From: Desulfobacteraceae bacterium UBA2174
GTDB lineage: Bacteria > Desulfobacterota > Desulfobacteria > Desulfobacterales > UBA2174
Direction: 5' to 3'
DNA: 64,000 nucleotides
Assembly: GCA_002327445.1 (NCBI GenBank)
Contig: DCWA01000011.1
Coordinates: forward strand, 13,945 to 77,944
The notes beneath the pieces are model-generated. The model was not told the DNA's origin. It worked only from the letters and a program-made list of their open reading frames with translations, and searched no databases. The stretch's first letter is position 1. Every line of letters begins with the position of its first letter. A program made the translations under genes and the position numbers. Positions 26,968 to 36,204 of the stretch are shown here, piece by piece.

Positions 26968-29400
26968 TCAATGCCAGTTGATCAGTTTTTTGCGTGCTTT
27001 TGCGAGGTCTTCGGCTTCTTCCGGGAAGGTCGCCGGCAGTTTGAGGGCCTGCCGCAACTGGGCGAGAGCGGCTTCGCGCCGTCCCATGGCATGGTAGACC
27101 TTGGCCAGGCTGTACCGATGGGATATGCGATCTTTTGTCGCAATTGCCCGCAGCAGGAGGCTTTCCGCTTTTTCCAGCGAGGCGGGGGGGAGTCCACCAT
27201 AGACAAATCCGACGAAAGCCCCGGTCCAGGGCGGCAGGGAAGCAACCTTGTAATGCCAGCGGCTGAGCACAAGCAGGGAAATATCATCGTCGGGATCGAG
27301 GGAGAGGGCTTTCTCGATGTTTTCCTTAACCTTGCGAGAGAGGCGGATCCGCTCCCTTACATTGACATCTTCGGCCCGGGCTCCCAAGGCGACCGCCAGC
27401 CATTTGTATCCTTCGTCATTGCGCAGGTCCGCCTTGATGGCCTGTTGCGCCAATGCCTCCGCACGGCGGAAATGAGCGGATTTTTTGCGCGGGTCGCTGC
27501 TTGTCCGGCCAAGTTCGTACTGGTCGTACGCCTGGCGCCATAGGGGTATCGCCTGAGTTTTAACGGCTGTAACCGTGGAAGAGGGGGGCTGAATGACTCC
27601 CCCTACCGAAGGGGTGCCGGATAGAAAGCTCAAAGGTATGGACAGGACGGCAGACAAGAGAAGCATGTGAAACGGTTTCACTGGCGCTACCGTTCCGGTG
27701 GAAACCCTCGTGGGTTCGCTGCGATCGAGAACCACGGTCTTGTCCTTGATGCCGTAAACCCGGTCCGCAACTTTGACCAGCGCGGGCTGATGAGATATGG
27801 TAAGCATTGTGACTTTACCGCGGAGGCCGGCCAGAGTTTCGCAAATTGCTTTTTCGCTCTCGGGATCGAGGGCGCTTGTCGCTTCGTCGAGAATCAGGAG
27901 AGCCGGCCGATGGGCAAGCGCGCGGGCAATGGCGATACGCTGGCGCTGGCCGCCCGACAGTTGGGAACCGCGTTCCCCGACAATAGTCTGCAGCCCTTCC
28001 GGCATTGCCGAGACAAAATCCCGGGCTCCAGCGGCACGAAGCGCTGCTTCTGCATCGGTCGCATCGAGCCCGGAATCCCCCAGGGTGATATTGGCCAGAA
28101 TGGAATCGTGAAGAAGGACCGTGTCCTGGGGAACGTAGCCGATTTTGCTGCGCCAGTATTTCACGTCCATGTCACTCATGGGCACGCCGTCCACCAGCAC
28201 CTCCCCCTGCTGTGGACGCAGGAGGCCGGTCACAAGATCCACCAGGGTGGTTTTGCCGGCCCCCGAAGGCCCGATTACCGCAATGGAGGCTCCGGCGGGG
28301 ATCTCAAGGGATACCGATTTCAGAATCTGGACTTTGCCATAACTGAAGCTGACCCCGTCGAAACGCAGATTTTTTTCCAGCTCCACCTTTTTCTGACCGA
28401 GGTTCGGCTCTTGTTGCAGGTTGGCATCGTCGATTTTTTGTTGCAGCGACCAGAATGCACTTTCGCAGGTGCCCATTTCCTGGAGCTTGCGCTGCATCTT
28501 GCCGAATTCGCCGAGAAGCCGCGCCAGCAGAAAAACCATTACCATGACGCTCGGCAGATCATAGTTCCAAAGGACCAGCGTTGCATAGAGCCCTGCCACT
28601 ATGATGAGAATCAGGAACGGTTCCTGGAGGCTTTTCAGTATGGCTTTGCTGTAGACCTGTTTGCGCAGCGCCTTATTGAGCTTGAGGGTATCCTTCTCGA
28701 GCATTTTTTCGGCCAACTGCTCCCGTCCCATCGCTTTCAGCGGTTTTACCGATTGCAGGCAATCGGTTAAGCGGGAAAGCAGGGACTGCATCAAAGAGGT
28801 TTCCTGTCTGCCGGCCTTTTTTGCTTTGCGTATGAGGCGATTGAGTAAAACCATCAGCAGGCACCCGGCCGCAAAGGCCACGACACTGGCTTTCCAGGAG
28901 ATCATCAGGGCGACCACTGCATAAACGAAACACGTTACCATGTAGGTAACGGCCAAAGTCCCGTGCACGTAGGCAGTAGAGGCCCGTATGACTTCGCTGG
29001 CGGCAGAATTAGCCAGGCTGCCTATGGGGTGGCTAATATAATACTCCCAGCGGGTTCCAAGAATGGCACGCAGCAATGTAAGGCGCAGGTCTGTTGCCAC
29101 CAGGGCAACGGTGTACCCGACTTTGCGGTCGGCCAGCAGCACTAAAGCGCTTTTGAGAAGAACGCCTGCAACCACAACCATCAACAAGGAGGAGGCTGTC
29201 GGCGCAATACCCATGGCATGCAGTGCGGAGGTGACGGTTTTCCCGATCCCGGAATTCTTGGTGCCGCCAACGGCGATGTTAAGCATCGGCAAAAGGGCGG
29301 TCAGGCTGATTCCCTCCATTAAGCCGGCGAGAAGCTGGGCCAGGAGCATGGTGAGGGTATGCCGGGGGTAAGTCCGCAAAAAGTGAAGCATAAGTCGCAT
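26968..29400 (-). CDS. MsbA-like ABC exporter (6-TM domain + NBD) fused in frame to a hydrophobic anchor and a ~210-aa TPR-like domain; possibly two genes
   Basis: 810-aa ORF. The TMD covers residues 1-300. The NBD has [25 protein letters not shown] and LILDEATSALD, and ends ...ADRVYGIKDKTVVLDRS. With no stop, it continues as ...VKPFH-MLLLSAVLSIPLSFLSGTPSVGG (signal-peptide/TM-like; internal ATG at 27666). A helical-repeat domain follows (...AHFRRAEALAQQAIKADLRNDEGYKWLAVALG...YHAMGRREAALAQLRQALKL). Confidence 0.75.
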   Translation of the reverse strand: MRLMLHFLRTYPRHTLTMLLAQLLAGLMEGISLTALLPMLNIAVGGTKNSGIGKTVTSALHAMGIAPTASSLLMVVVAGVLLKSALVLLADRKVGYTVALVATDLRLTLLRAILGTRWEYYISHPIGSLANSAASEVIRASTAYVHGTLAVTYMVTCFVYAVVALMISWKASVVAFAAGCLLMVLLNRLIRKAKKAGRQETSLMQSLLSRLTDCLQSVKPLKAMGREQLAEKMLEKDTLKLNKALRKQVYSKAILKSLQEPFLILIIVAGLYATLVLWNYDLPSVMVMVFLLARLLGEFGKMQRKLQEMGTCESAFWSLQQKIDDANLQQEPNLGQKKVELEKNLRFDGVSFSYGKVQILKSVSLEIPAGASIAVIGPSGAGKTTLVDLVTGLLRPQQGEVLVDGVPMSDMDVKYWRSKIGYVPQDTVLLHDSILANITLGDSGLDATDAEAALRAAGARDFVSAMPEGLQTIVGERGSQLSGGQRQRIAIARALAHRPALLILDEATSALDPESEKAICETLAGLRGKVTMLTISHQPALVKVADRVYGIKDKTVVLDRSEPTRVSTGTVAPVKPFHMLLLSAVLSIPLSFLSGTPSVGGVIQPPSSTVTAVKTQAIPLWRQAYDQYELGRTSSDPRKKSAHFRRAEALAQQAIKADLRNDEGYKWLAVALGARAEDVNVRERIRLSRKVKENIEKALSLDPDDDISLLVLSRWHYKVASLPPWTGAFVGFVYGGLPPASLEKAESLLLRAIATKDRISHRYSLAKVYHAMGRREAALAQLRQALKLPATFPEEAEDLAKARKKLINWH

Positions 29401-29599
29401 TTATTCGTCCTTGAGCAGCCCCGGGAAGAGTACGATGATATAGCCCTTTTTTATAACATGATACACGGATCGAGGGAAGCGGACACGGTTTTCGGGCAAA
29501 AAAACCGGTTGAAAACGCACCGGCAGATAACCTATTCTGTTAAATTCGCACCTGTTCTTCCGTCGCTACCGCCATCCCCAAGGAGATTTTTCGGGCATC

Positions 29600-29775
29600 C
29601 AGGCAGACCTGTGGCTCTCGCAGGATGGTCGAGGAGTTGGGAGAGGCCGGCTACCGATGTTGGCCGCTATCGGGTCCGCAGCCTGATGCGCAGGTTGGGT
29701 CTCGGGGCCAAGACGCCGAGGCGCTACAAGGTGACCACCGACAGCAATCACAAGCATCCGGTGGCCCCTAGGATA
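29600..29775 (+). pseudogene. Short fragment of an IS3-family transposase (OrfB N-terminal region)
   Basis: Two frames read ...GSRRMVEELGEAGY and DVGRYRVRSLMRRLGLGAKTPRRYKVTTDSNHKHPVAP. This is the classic IS3 OrfB box (R.MR..GL....RR...TTDS.H...VAPN). It is about 60 codons and frameshifted, and is embedded in the spurious 5' part of track ORF 29359..30987. Confidence 0.6.
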
Positions 29776-29829
29776 AATTCTGTCTTCGTTTTGAACGGGT
29801 CACCATGCCGTAGAAGGGGATTTTGTATC

Positions 29830-30987
29830 GTGGTTCGAGTTGGATTCCTTTTCAATCATTATTTCATTCATCAAGTGCCTCATGCGGCTCCTTATGCTTT
29901 TGAGTTGTCGAGGCGTTATCCGAATATCGATGTCTTTATCGCATGCTCCTCTCGTCAAGAGATGAACTTTGCACAAGCCATCGCATCGCTCTATCCCGGA
30001 CATCGCTGCCAATTCACGAAACTTAAGATCCCCTGGTATTACAGATGCGTCGATCCGATCATATCCAAGTGGATATTCATGCGCAAAAATATCGTTCTCC
30101 GTCATAATCTCAATTTTTTTCGGGGACTGGACGCGCTTGTGTCGCCGGAGCGCCATTGTGTCAAGCTGCGCACCAAATATGGCCTGAAAGATTTGATCCT
30201 GATCAACACCCGTCATGGCGCAGGTGATAGGGAGGGGAGCTTCGATGACCGATCCGGTTCCTTTGATTTTACCCTTTTGCCGGGACAAAAATATGTTGAT
30301 CGGCTCAAAGACTTGGGCTACCTGGCGAAAGGGCGCTATGCCGTGGTCGGCTACCCGAAATTCGAAGTCGTCCGTGGCCTGAGGCGGAACGTTCCGCGAC
30401 TTTTCAACAATGATAATCCTACTATAATATATAATCCCCATTTTGACCCATCGGTCTCCTCCTGGAAGCCGATGGGGGTGGATGTTCTTGAATTTTTCAA
30501 TAAAAACAGAGCTTTTAACGTGATTTTGGCCCCCCATGCGGTGCTTTTTAAAAGAACCCACCGGCATCATGCCTCGCTTCCCGGCAAATACCGTTTAATC
30601 CCGAATATTCATGTCGATACAGGCAGTAACGCTTTAGCCGATATGACCTATACGCTTGCAGCCGATATCTACCTTGGGGATGTCAGCAGTCAAGTCTATG
30701 AATTTCTCCTGGAACCCCGTCCCTGTATTTTCCTTAACGGACATAAAGTCGCATGGCAGGGCAATCCATACTATGCGCATTGGAGGCTGGGGCAGGTAGT
30801 CGATAAAATTCAACCGGATTTGGGCCAGGCCCTGGAGCGGGCATTTACCGCACATCAGCAGTTTTTGGAAAAACAGCATGAGGCTTTCGTTTACACTTTC
30901 TATACTGAGGTAGGGACTACGGCGGCGGAGAGGGGAGCCGACGCCATAGCCAACTTTATTCTGACTTCGTCTAGTTTCCATCCATAA
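29830..30987 (+). CDS. TagB/TagF-like (CDP-glycerol glycerophosphotransferase-like) protein; start uncertain
   Basis: This is the 3' 385 codons of track ORF 29359..30987. The candidate start is GTG 29830, 9 nt after AGGGGA. Patterns PTIIYNPHFDP..., NVILAPHAVLF, ...LADMTYTLAADIYLGDVSSQVYEFLLEPRPCIFLN resemble the Glyphos_transf family (..DvlITDYSS...dfl.l.kPiif). It has the lowest G+C seen (21/60 on line 29821-29880). Confidence 0.45.
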   Translation: MVRVGFLFNHYFIHQVPHAAPYAFELSRRYPNIDVFIACSSRQEMNFAQAIASLYPGHRCQFTKLKIPWYYRCVDPIISKWIFMRKNIVLRHNLNFFRGLDALVSPERHCVKLRTKYGLKDLILINTRHGAGDREGSFDDRSGSFDFTLLPGQKYVDRLKDLGYLAKGRYAVVGYPKFEVVRGLRRNVPRLFNNDNPTIIYNPHFDPSVSSWKPMGVDVLEFFNKNRAFNVILAPHAVLFKRTHRHHASLPGKYRLIPNIHVDTGSNALADMTYTLAADIYLGDVSSQVYEFLLEPRPCIFLNGHKVAWQGNPYYAHWRLGQVVDKIQPDLGQALERAFTAHQQFLEKQHEAFVYTFYTEVGTTAAERGADAIANFILTSSSFHP

Positions 30988-31035
30988 CTGGCTTACCGAT
31001 CATGGAAGGCGTTGTATCCCCGTTTGGGTGTCGAT

Positions 31036-32238
31036 TCAGGCGGGAGCATGCCGCAAACCGACATTTGCGGCCAAATCTCCGAACAGGGATACAATCCGCT
31101 CGATCTGCTCCTCCGTATGGGCCGCGCTGACGCTGCAGCGCAGCAGGCTTTCCCCCTTGGGGGCTGCCGGCGGCCATACCAGATTGACATAGATGCCGTT
31201 TTCGAGGAGTTCTTTCCAGCAAGCGAGGGTTTCTTCCTTCGATCCCATGTACACGGCAACCACCGGTGTCGGTTCGGGGCCGAGGCGGTATCCCAGCTCC
31301 GAAAGCCCCTCATAGAGCCTGTGGGCGTTTGCCCAGAGACGCTCGCGCAGATTCGCTCCGGCGGCAAGAACCTGAAGCGCCCGGCGCACCGAGGCGATGG
31401 TGGCCGGGGACGGAGACGCGGTAAAGAGGTAGGAGCGGCTCGCATAGCGTACCAGGTCGAGCTCGGGATGGTTGCTCACGCAGAATCCGCCGATGGCCCC
31501 GAGGCTTTTGCTGAAGGTGCCGATGATGAAATCGACGTCATCCATACAGCCGCACTCTTCCCCGAGCCCTCTGCCATTTTGGCCGAGAACCCCCAGCGAA
31601 TGGGCCTCGTCGACCAAGAGCCAGAAGCCGTATCGCTTCTTCAGGGAGACGATTTTGGCCAGAGGCGCCCGGTCGCCGAGCATGCTGTAGATTCCCTCGA
31701 CGATGATCAGGGTATTCTTTGCCCGGTCACCCAGGCGGCGCAGGCGCTTTTCGAGGTCGACGGTATCGTTGTGCCGGAAGCGGAGGATGTCGGCTCCCCC
31801 CATCCGGCAGCCGTCGTAGATGCTGGCATGGGAGTCGCCGTCTATAATTAAGGTGTCCCCGGGGCCGGTGAGGGTGGAGATGACGCCCAGGTTGGCGACG
31901 AATCCCGTGGAGAAGACGATGGCTTTGGCGCAGCCGAAGAACTCGGCCAGTTCCCTTTCCAGGGCACGATGCCCGGCGAATGTGCCGTTGGCCGTTCGCG
32001 AGCCGGTGGTGCCGGTCCCTTCAGATCGGGTAGCCTGGCAGGCCGCTTCGATGCACCGGGGATCGAAGGTCAGCCCGAGGTAGTTGTTGGTACCCGCCAG
32101 AAGCACCTTGCGGCCGGCTATGCGGGCTTCGGTTGGCGAGAGGATCTCCTCAATCTCCACGTTGAATGGATCGATCCCCATCTCATCCAGCGCCTGGCGC
32201 GCTTGGGCAACGAATGCGAGTTTATCGAAGAGTCCCAT
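31036..32238 (-). CDS. spt: Serine palmitoyltransferase (alpha-oxoamine synthase, PLP-dependent)
   Basis: 400 aa. It aligns by eye block-for-block with Sphingomonas SPT as I remember it: SPTEA.I.G...GTNNYLGLTFDP, GTGTTGSRTANGTF, AIVFSTGFVANLGVISTL, DSHASIYDGC...ILRFRHND, VEGIYSMLGD, LVDEAHSLG..GQNGRG, GTFSKSLGAIGGF (PLP lysine), LLRCSVSAAHT. An ACP gene lies immediately upstream. Confidence 0.9.
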   Translation of the reverse strand: MGLFDKLAFVAQARQALDEMGIDPFNVEIEEILSPTEARIAGRKVLLAGTNNYLGLTFDPRCIEAACQATRSEGTGTTGSRTANGTFAGHRALERELAEFFGCAKAIVFSTGFVANLGVISTLTGPGDTLIIDGDSHASIYDGCRMGGADILRFRHNDTVDLEKRLRRLGDRAKNTLIIVEGIYSMLGDRAPLAKIVSLKKRYGFWLLVDEAHSLGVLGQNGRGLGEECGCMDDVDFIIGTFSKSLGAIGGFCVSNHPELDLVRYASRSYLFTASPSPATIASVRRALQVLAAGANLRERLWANAHRLYEGLSELGYRLGPEPTPVVAVYMGSKEETLACWKELLENGIYVNLVWPPAAPKGESLLRCSVSAAHTEEQIERIVSLFGDLAANVGLRHAPA

Positions 32239-32241
32239 GTC

Positions 32242-32499
32242 TCAGGCCTCGATTTCTTTTTGAATCCGCAAAACGAAATCCCTCACCGTCCGGATTTCGG
32301 CTAGCTCGTTCAAGGTGAAGGAAATATCGTAGGCATCCTCCACTTCCTGAACAAGTTCCATCACCCGAAGGGAGTCCAGACCAAGATCGTTGACAATTTC
32401 CATTTCCTCCCGGATGCATTCCGGAACCTTGTCGAAGCGCTCGAGGATCGCCTTGACCGCTTCAAATATCTCCGCATAGTCTTTTTGGGGCACAGCCAT
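32242..32499 (-). CDS. Acyl carrier protein (dedicated, sphingolipid-type)
   Basis: 85 aa with the phosphopantetheine site LGLDSLRVMELV. 3-nt gap to spt. Confidence 0.9.
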   Translation of the reverse strand: MAVPQKDYAEIFEAVKAILERFDKVPECIREEMEIVNDLGLDSLRVMELVQEVEDAYDISFTLNELAEIRTVRDFVLRIQKEIEA

Positions 32500-32530
32500 G
32501 TTCCTCTACATTAAGAGCTTGATGAACGCG

Positions 32531-33499
32531 TCACCCGAGCGTGCGAAGCAACCCTTCGCGCAGCCCGACTTCCGGAGCCCAGCGGGTGACGCGCCTGAAA
32601 TCCGAATGATCGCCGACCCAGTCATCGTGGCACAGTTCTCCAACCTTGCCCGGCGTCAGCATCGGCAGGTATCCCGTGAGACGGGAAAAGGCCAAGTTGA
32701 CATGGGCCGCGGCATCCAGGGCGATCCGCGGAACATCGATACGCCTGACGGGACGCCGGTAGAGCTCGGAGGCTGTTTCCCGGACCTCTTCCCAGCAGTA
32801 CCCTCCCGCCTTGCCGTCGTGCAGCTCGAAGCAGCCGCCGCTGCCGGCGCCGCTCACCAGCCAGCTCAGGACCGCCTCCGCAAGGTCGTCGATGAAAATC
32901 AGCGAAAAGCGCCCTCGCCCACCTGCCGGGACAAAGGCGATTCCCCGCCGGAGCCATCGCAGCAGGGGAAGCATTTCGCGATCTCCGGGGCCATACACCG
33001 CCGGCGGCCGGATGATCGTCCAGTCGAGCCCGTCCGCCGCGCCGCGCAGGACCTCTTCCCCTTGCCGCTTGCTTGCGGCATAGCAGGAGAGTTGCGGCGA
33101 TCTGGCAGCCAGGGAGGAGATCAGAAGAAGGCGCGGAGAGTCCACCGAATTCCGCGCCATGGGTACGATCTTTGCCACTCCGGAAACGTTGGCCGGCACA
33201 AAGTCGGACACCGATGCGCCGCGCACGGATCCGGCACAATAAATAACGGCCGAAGCTCCGTCGAGAAGTTGCCTCAGACTTTCCTCACGGTTCAACTCGC
33301 CATGAATCCATGACAGCCCCGGCGCGTTGAAGCACGACGATATGGAGGCCGGGCGTACCAGCGCCCTGACGCGAATATTTTCCCGCAGGAAGCGATGAAT
33401 GAGGGATTTGCCGATGAAGCCGGTCCCGCCGGTCATGGCGACGGTTGTGACGTGGGCGGGCGCGGCATCATTGCGCGACTCGCGTACGGGTTCGACCAT
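32531..33499 (-). CDS. NAD(P)-dependent epimerase/dehydratase-family reductase (CerR-like candidate)
   Basis: Track ORF 32531..33787, trimmed to ATG 33499 (GGAG RBS; lies just after the ligase stop at 33504). The Rossmann motif is VAMTGGTGFIGKSL, and YAASK provides the catalytic YxxxK. Its position between the ACP and acyl-AMP ligase genes matches the Caulobacter spt-acp-cerR-ACP-synthetase order. Confidence 0.7.
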   Translation of the reverse strand: MVEPVRESRNDAAPAHVTTVAMTGGTGFIGKSLIHRFLRENIRVRALVRPASISSCFNAPGLSWIHGELNREESLRQLLDGASAVIYCAGSVRGASVSDFVPANVSGVAKIVPMARNSVDSPRLLLISSLAARSPQLSCYAASKRQGEEVLRGAADGLDWTIIRPPAVYGPGDREMLPLLRWLRRGIAFVPAGGRGRFSLIFIDDLAEAVLSWLVSGAGSGGCFELHDGKAGGYCWEEVRETASELYRRPVRRIDVPRIALDAAAHVNLAFSRLTGYLPMLTPGKVGELCHDDWVGDHSDFRRVTRWAPEVGLREGLLRTLG

Positions 33500-33503
33500 G
33501 CCC

Positions 33504-35270
33504 CTATCTCCCGGTTCGGCCGGCACACTGCAAGGGGGCTGAGAACAGATCCCGGTTCCGCCGGAGGAAATCGGCCCGCGCCATGCTTCTCGATATCTTC
33601 CCGGATGACGTTTGCGGCAGGGTGTGCGGGGGGACGAGCTCGACCATGCAATCGATGCCGAACTCTTCCCTGACGCGACCGCGCAGGGCCTGCACCAGGC
33701 GGTCGCGTTCCGTCCCGTCGAACTGACGGCACTGAACGACCAGAACCACGGTCTCGTCTTCTCCAGCCTCGCCGATGGAAAATGCAACAGCGTCCCGCGA
33801 ACGGATTCCCGGCATCTGCTCGGCTATGCATTCAATATCCTGCGGCCATATATTCCGGCCGTTGACGATGATCATGTCTTTTTTGCGGCCGGTGATAATC
33901 ATTTGGCCGCCGGCCAGATAGGCGAGGTCTCCGGTATTGAGCCAACCGTCGGGAGACAGGACTTCCCTTGTGGATTCCCGGTCGCCGAAGTATCCGCTCA
34001 TGACGCTGGGTCCGCGCACATGCAGCACCCCGCAGCGCCGCTCGGGCAGGACCATCCCCCGCTCGTCGCGGATCTCGATCTCGTACCCGGGAAGGGGCGC
34101 GCCGCAGAAGACGAGTTCTCTCGTCTTTCCATTGCTTTTGCTATCTTCAACGGGCATGGCTGTTCCGTTTTTCGCGAGCGTCTCGGCACTTATCCGGTCG
34201 ATCACCAGACCTTCGCCCAGGGGGGCGAAACTGACGGCAAGGGAACATTCCGCCAGGCCGTACGAGGCGACAAAGGCCCGGGAATGGAAGCCGGCCGGTT
34301 CCAGCAGCCGGGCGAAACGTTCGAGGATATCCGCACGGATGGGCTCGGCACCGATCCCGGCAATGCGCCAGGAGCTCAGATCGTACGGTTCGATTTCGGT
34401 GGGGCGGATGCGCCGCGCACATAGGGCGTATCCGAAGGTGGGGCTGTAGGAAATTGTGGCGCGGTTCCTGGAAATCAATGCCGGCCAGAGCCGCGGTCGC
34501 ATGGCGAAATCCCGCGTGCTCAGGTAATCGATGGAAAGCTGCGAAGCCATCGGCGCGAGAAGAAAGCCCACAAGCCCCATATCGTGGTAGAAGGGGAGCC
34601 ATGAGGCGCACCTGTCTCCGGGGCGGACACCGAGCCCGTTGCGGATGATCCCTTTCAGGTTGGCCATGACCGCTTTCTGCGTGATCACGACCCCGCGCGG
34701 GAAACGGGTGCTGCCCGAAGTGTATTGCAGGTAGGCGACTTCATCGCGATGAGGATGCTGCAGCGGCAAATCCGTCTCCGGAAGGGCGTCGAAGCAGGCT
34801 GGTTCCCCGACATGGACCAGATTCAGACCGTCAACGGCATCGGCCAGGAAGGGGCAGAAGGAGCTGGAACTCATTGCGGCCTTGGCTCCGCAGGAGACCA
34901 GGAGTTTGCGCAAATTTTCGCTAACGGCCTGGCGGCCGCCCAGATGGACTGCCGCGGGGAGAGGGACGGGAACCAGTCCGGCATACTGGCAGGCGAAGAA
35001 AAAGCGCACAAAATCGGCATCGGTACCGGCGATCAGGGCCATGCGCTCGCCCCGCTCGAGGCCCAGCCCCAGGAGCTTGCCCGCCAGCGACCGGGCACCG
35101 TCTCGCAACCGCGCATAGGAGAGGGAGGCTTCAAGCGCCCCTTTGCCGGAATAGAAATTGATCCCCGTCGTGCCTTCGGCTGCATAATCGAGGGCCTCGG
35201 CCAGGGTCTGAAAATCGCCTTGACGCAAGGCGATGGAGTTTTCGGTCGGCGTCATTTTAAGTTCATTCAT
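33504..35270 (-). CDS. Fatty acyl-AMP ligase / acyl-ACP synthetase
   Basis: 588 aa. AMP-binding motifs YLQYTSGSTRFPRGVVITQ, LPFYHDMGLVGF, ...YGLAE..., TGDLAY, and C-terminal ...PQTSSGKISR. The FAAL-type N-terminus is ...DFVRFFFACQYAGLVPVPL. Confidence 0.85.
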   Translation of the reverse strand: MNELKMTPTENSIALRQGDFQTLAEALDYAAEGTTGINFYSGKGALEASLSYARLRDGARSLAGKLLGLGLERGERMALIAGTDADFVRFFFACQYAGLVPVPLPAAVHLGGRQAVSENLRKLLVSCGAKAAMSSSSFCPFLADAVDGLNLVHVGEPACFDALPETDLPLQHPHRDEVAYLQYTSGSTRFPRGVVITQKAVMANLKGIIRNGLGVRPGDRCASWLPFYHDMGLVGFLLAPMASQLSIDYLSTRDFAMRPRLWPALISRNRATISYSPTFGYALCARRIRPTEIEPYDLSSWRIAGIGAEPIRADILERFARLLEPAGFHSRAFVASYGLAECSLAVSFAPLGEGLVIDRISAETLAKNGTAMPVEDSKSNGKTRELVFCGAPLPGYEIEIRDERGMVLPERRCGVLHVRGPSVMSGYFGDRESTREVLSPDGWLNTGDLAYLAGGQMIITGRKKDMIIVNGRNIWPQDIECIAEQMPGIRSRDAVAFSIGEAGEDETVVLVVQCRQFDGTERDRLVQALRGRVREEFGIDCMVELVPPHTLPQTSSGKISRSMARADFLRRNRDLFSAPLQCAGRTGR

Positions 35271-35358
35271 TCATAGAACCCCTCTGTCCGGGAACCCCTC
35301 TGACGGGCCTTCGCCTTATCTCCGCGGGGGCTCCCGGCGACGAGGCGGATCCGTTGTA

Positions 35359-36204
35359 TTATTGCACAGGTTCAATTCCATAGGAAGGCTTTCCTATCAC
35401 GCTTTCCCGACGTCCTGAAAGGATTTTCTCCGTAAGAGCCCAGTCCTCGACCTTGTCGACGTCCACCGCCGCTTCCGCCTCGGGCATCCAGACCACGCCG
35501 GCGCGGGCATCCATCACGGACGACATGCGGGCCAATCCTTCTTCAAGGGTCAGGCGGCCGAGAAGATAGCGCAGGACAGCCATCAACCCGAGGGATTTTA
35601 CGATTCTAAGGGGGTGCTTGCGCTGCTCTTCGACCCGCCGCCAGAAGATTACCGCATTGCCGGCCCGGGGCGTGAGCAACGCAAAGAGATTGCATCCGCA
35701 GTATCCGCCATCGCGCAGGCGCGTTACGGTCCGGCGGCTTTCGGGAAAGGCTGCCGCCACCATCTCGGAGCGGGCGAGGCCGGCAACGACGTCGCATCCC
35801 GATTGGGCGGCCTTGGTGCAGAAACGATCGACCATCTCCGGCGTGAGGAGCGCGTGATCCGCCGTGGTCACCAGCACCGGCCGGTCGGGCGGCAGTTCGC
35901 CCAGGGCCGCTTGGGCGCTACGGCTGGGCGATGGTTGGTTCTCGATCCAGCGAACCTTTGCGGAAGCGATCCGGGCATCGAGCTCGGGGGATTTGCCCGG
36001 GAGGCGGTCCGAGGAGCCGCATACAAGGCATGAATCTATGACGGCCGCACCTTCGAGGGCATCGAGCACGCGCAGGATCATGGGCCGCCCGGCAACGGGG
36101 ACCAGCGCCTTGCAACTGACGCCGGCCGCCTTGACGAGGGGGTCTTCGGCGCCGCGGTCGCCGGCGAGAATAACGGCGACAAACTTTACGGGAACAGGGT
36201 TCAT
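35359..36204 (-). CDS. Nucleotidyltransferase-family protein (MobA/CobY-like NTP_transf_3 fold)
   Basis: Track ORF 35359..36225. I prefer ATG 36204, which overlaps the stop of the upstream gene (ATGA), giving MNPVPVKFVAVILAGDRG...KALVPVAGRPMILRVLDAL. Confidence 0.65.
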   Translation of the reverse strand: MNPVPVKFVAVILAGDRGAEDPLVKAAGVSCKALVPVAGRPMILRVLDALEGAAVIDSCLVCGSSDRLPGKSPELDARIASAKVRWIENQPSPSRSAQAALGELPPDRPVLVTTADHALLTPEMVDRFCTKAAQSGCDVVAGLARSEMVAAAFPESRRTVTRLRDGGYCGCNLFALLTPRAGNAVIFWRRVEEQRKHPLRIVKSLGLMAVLRYLLGRLTLEEGLARMSSVMDARAGVVWMPEAEAAVDVDKVEDWALTEKILSGRRESVIGKPSYGIEPVQ

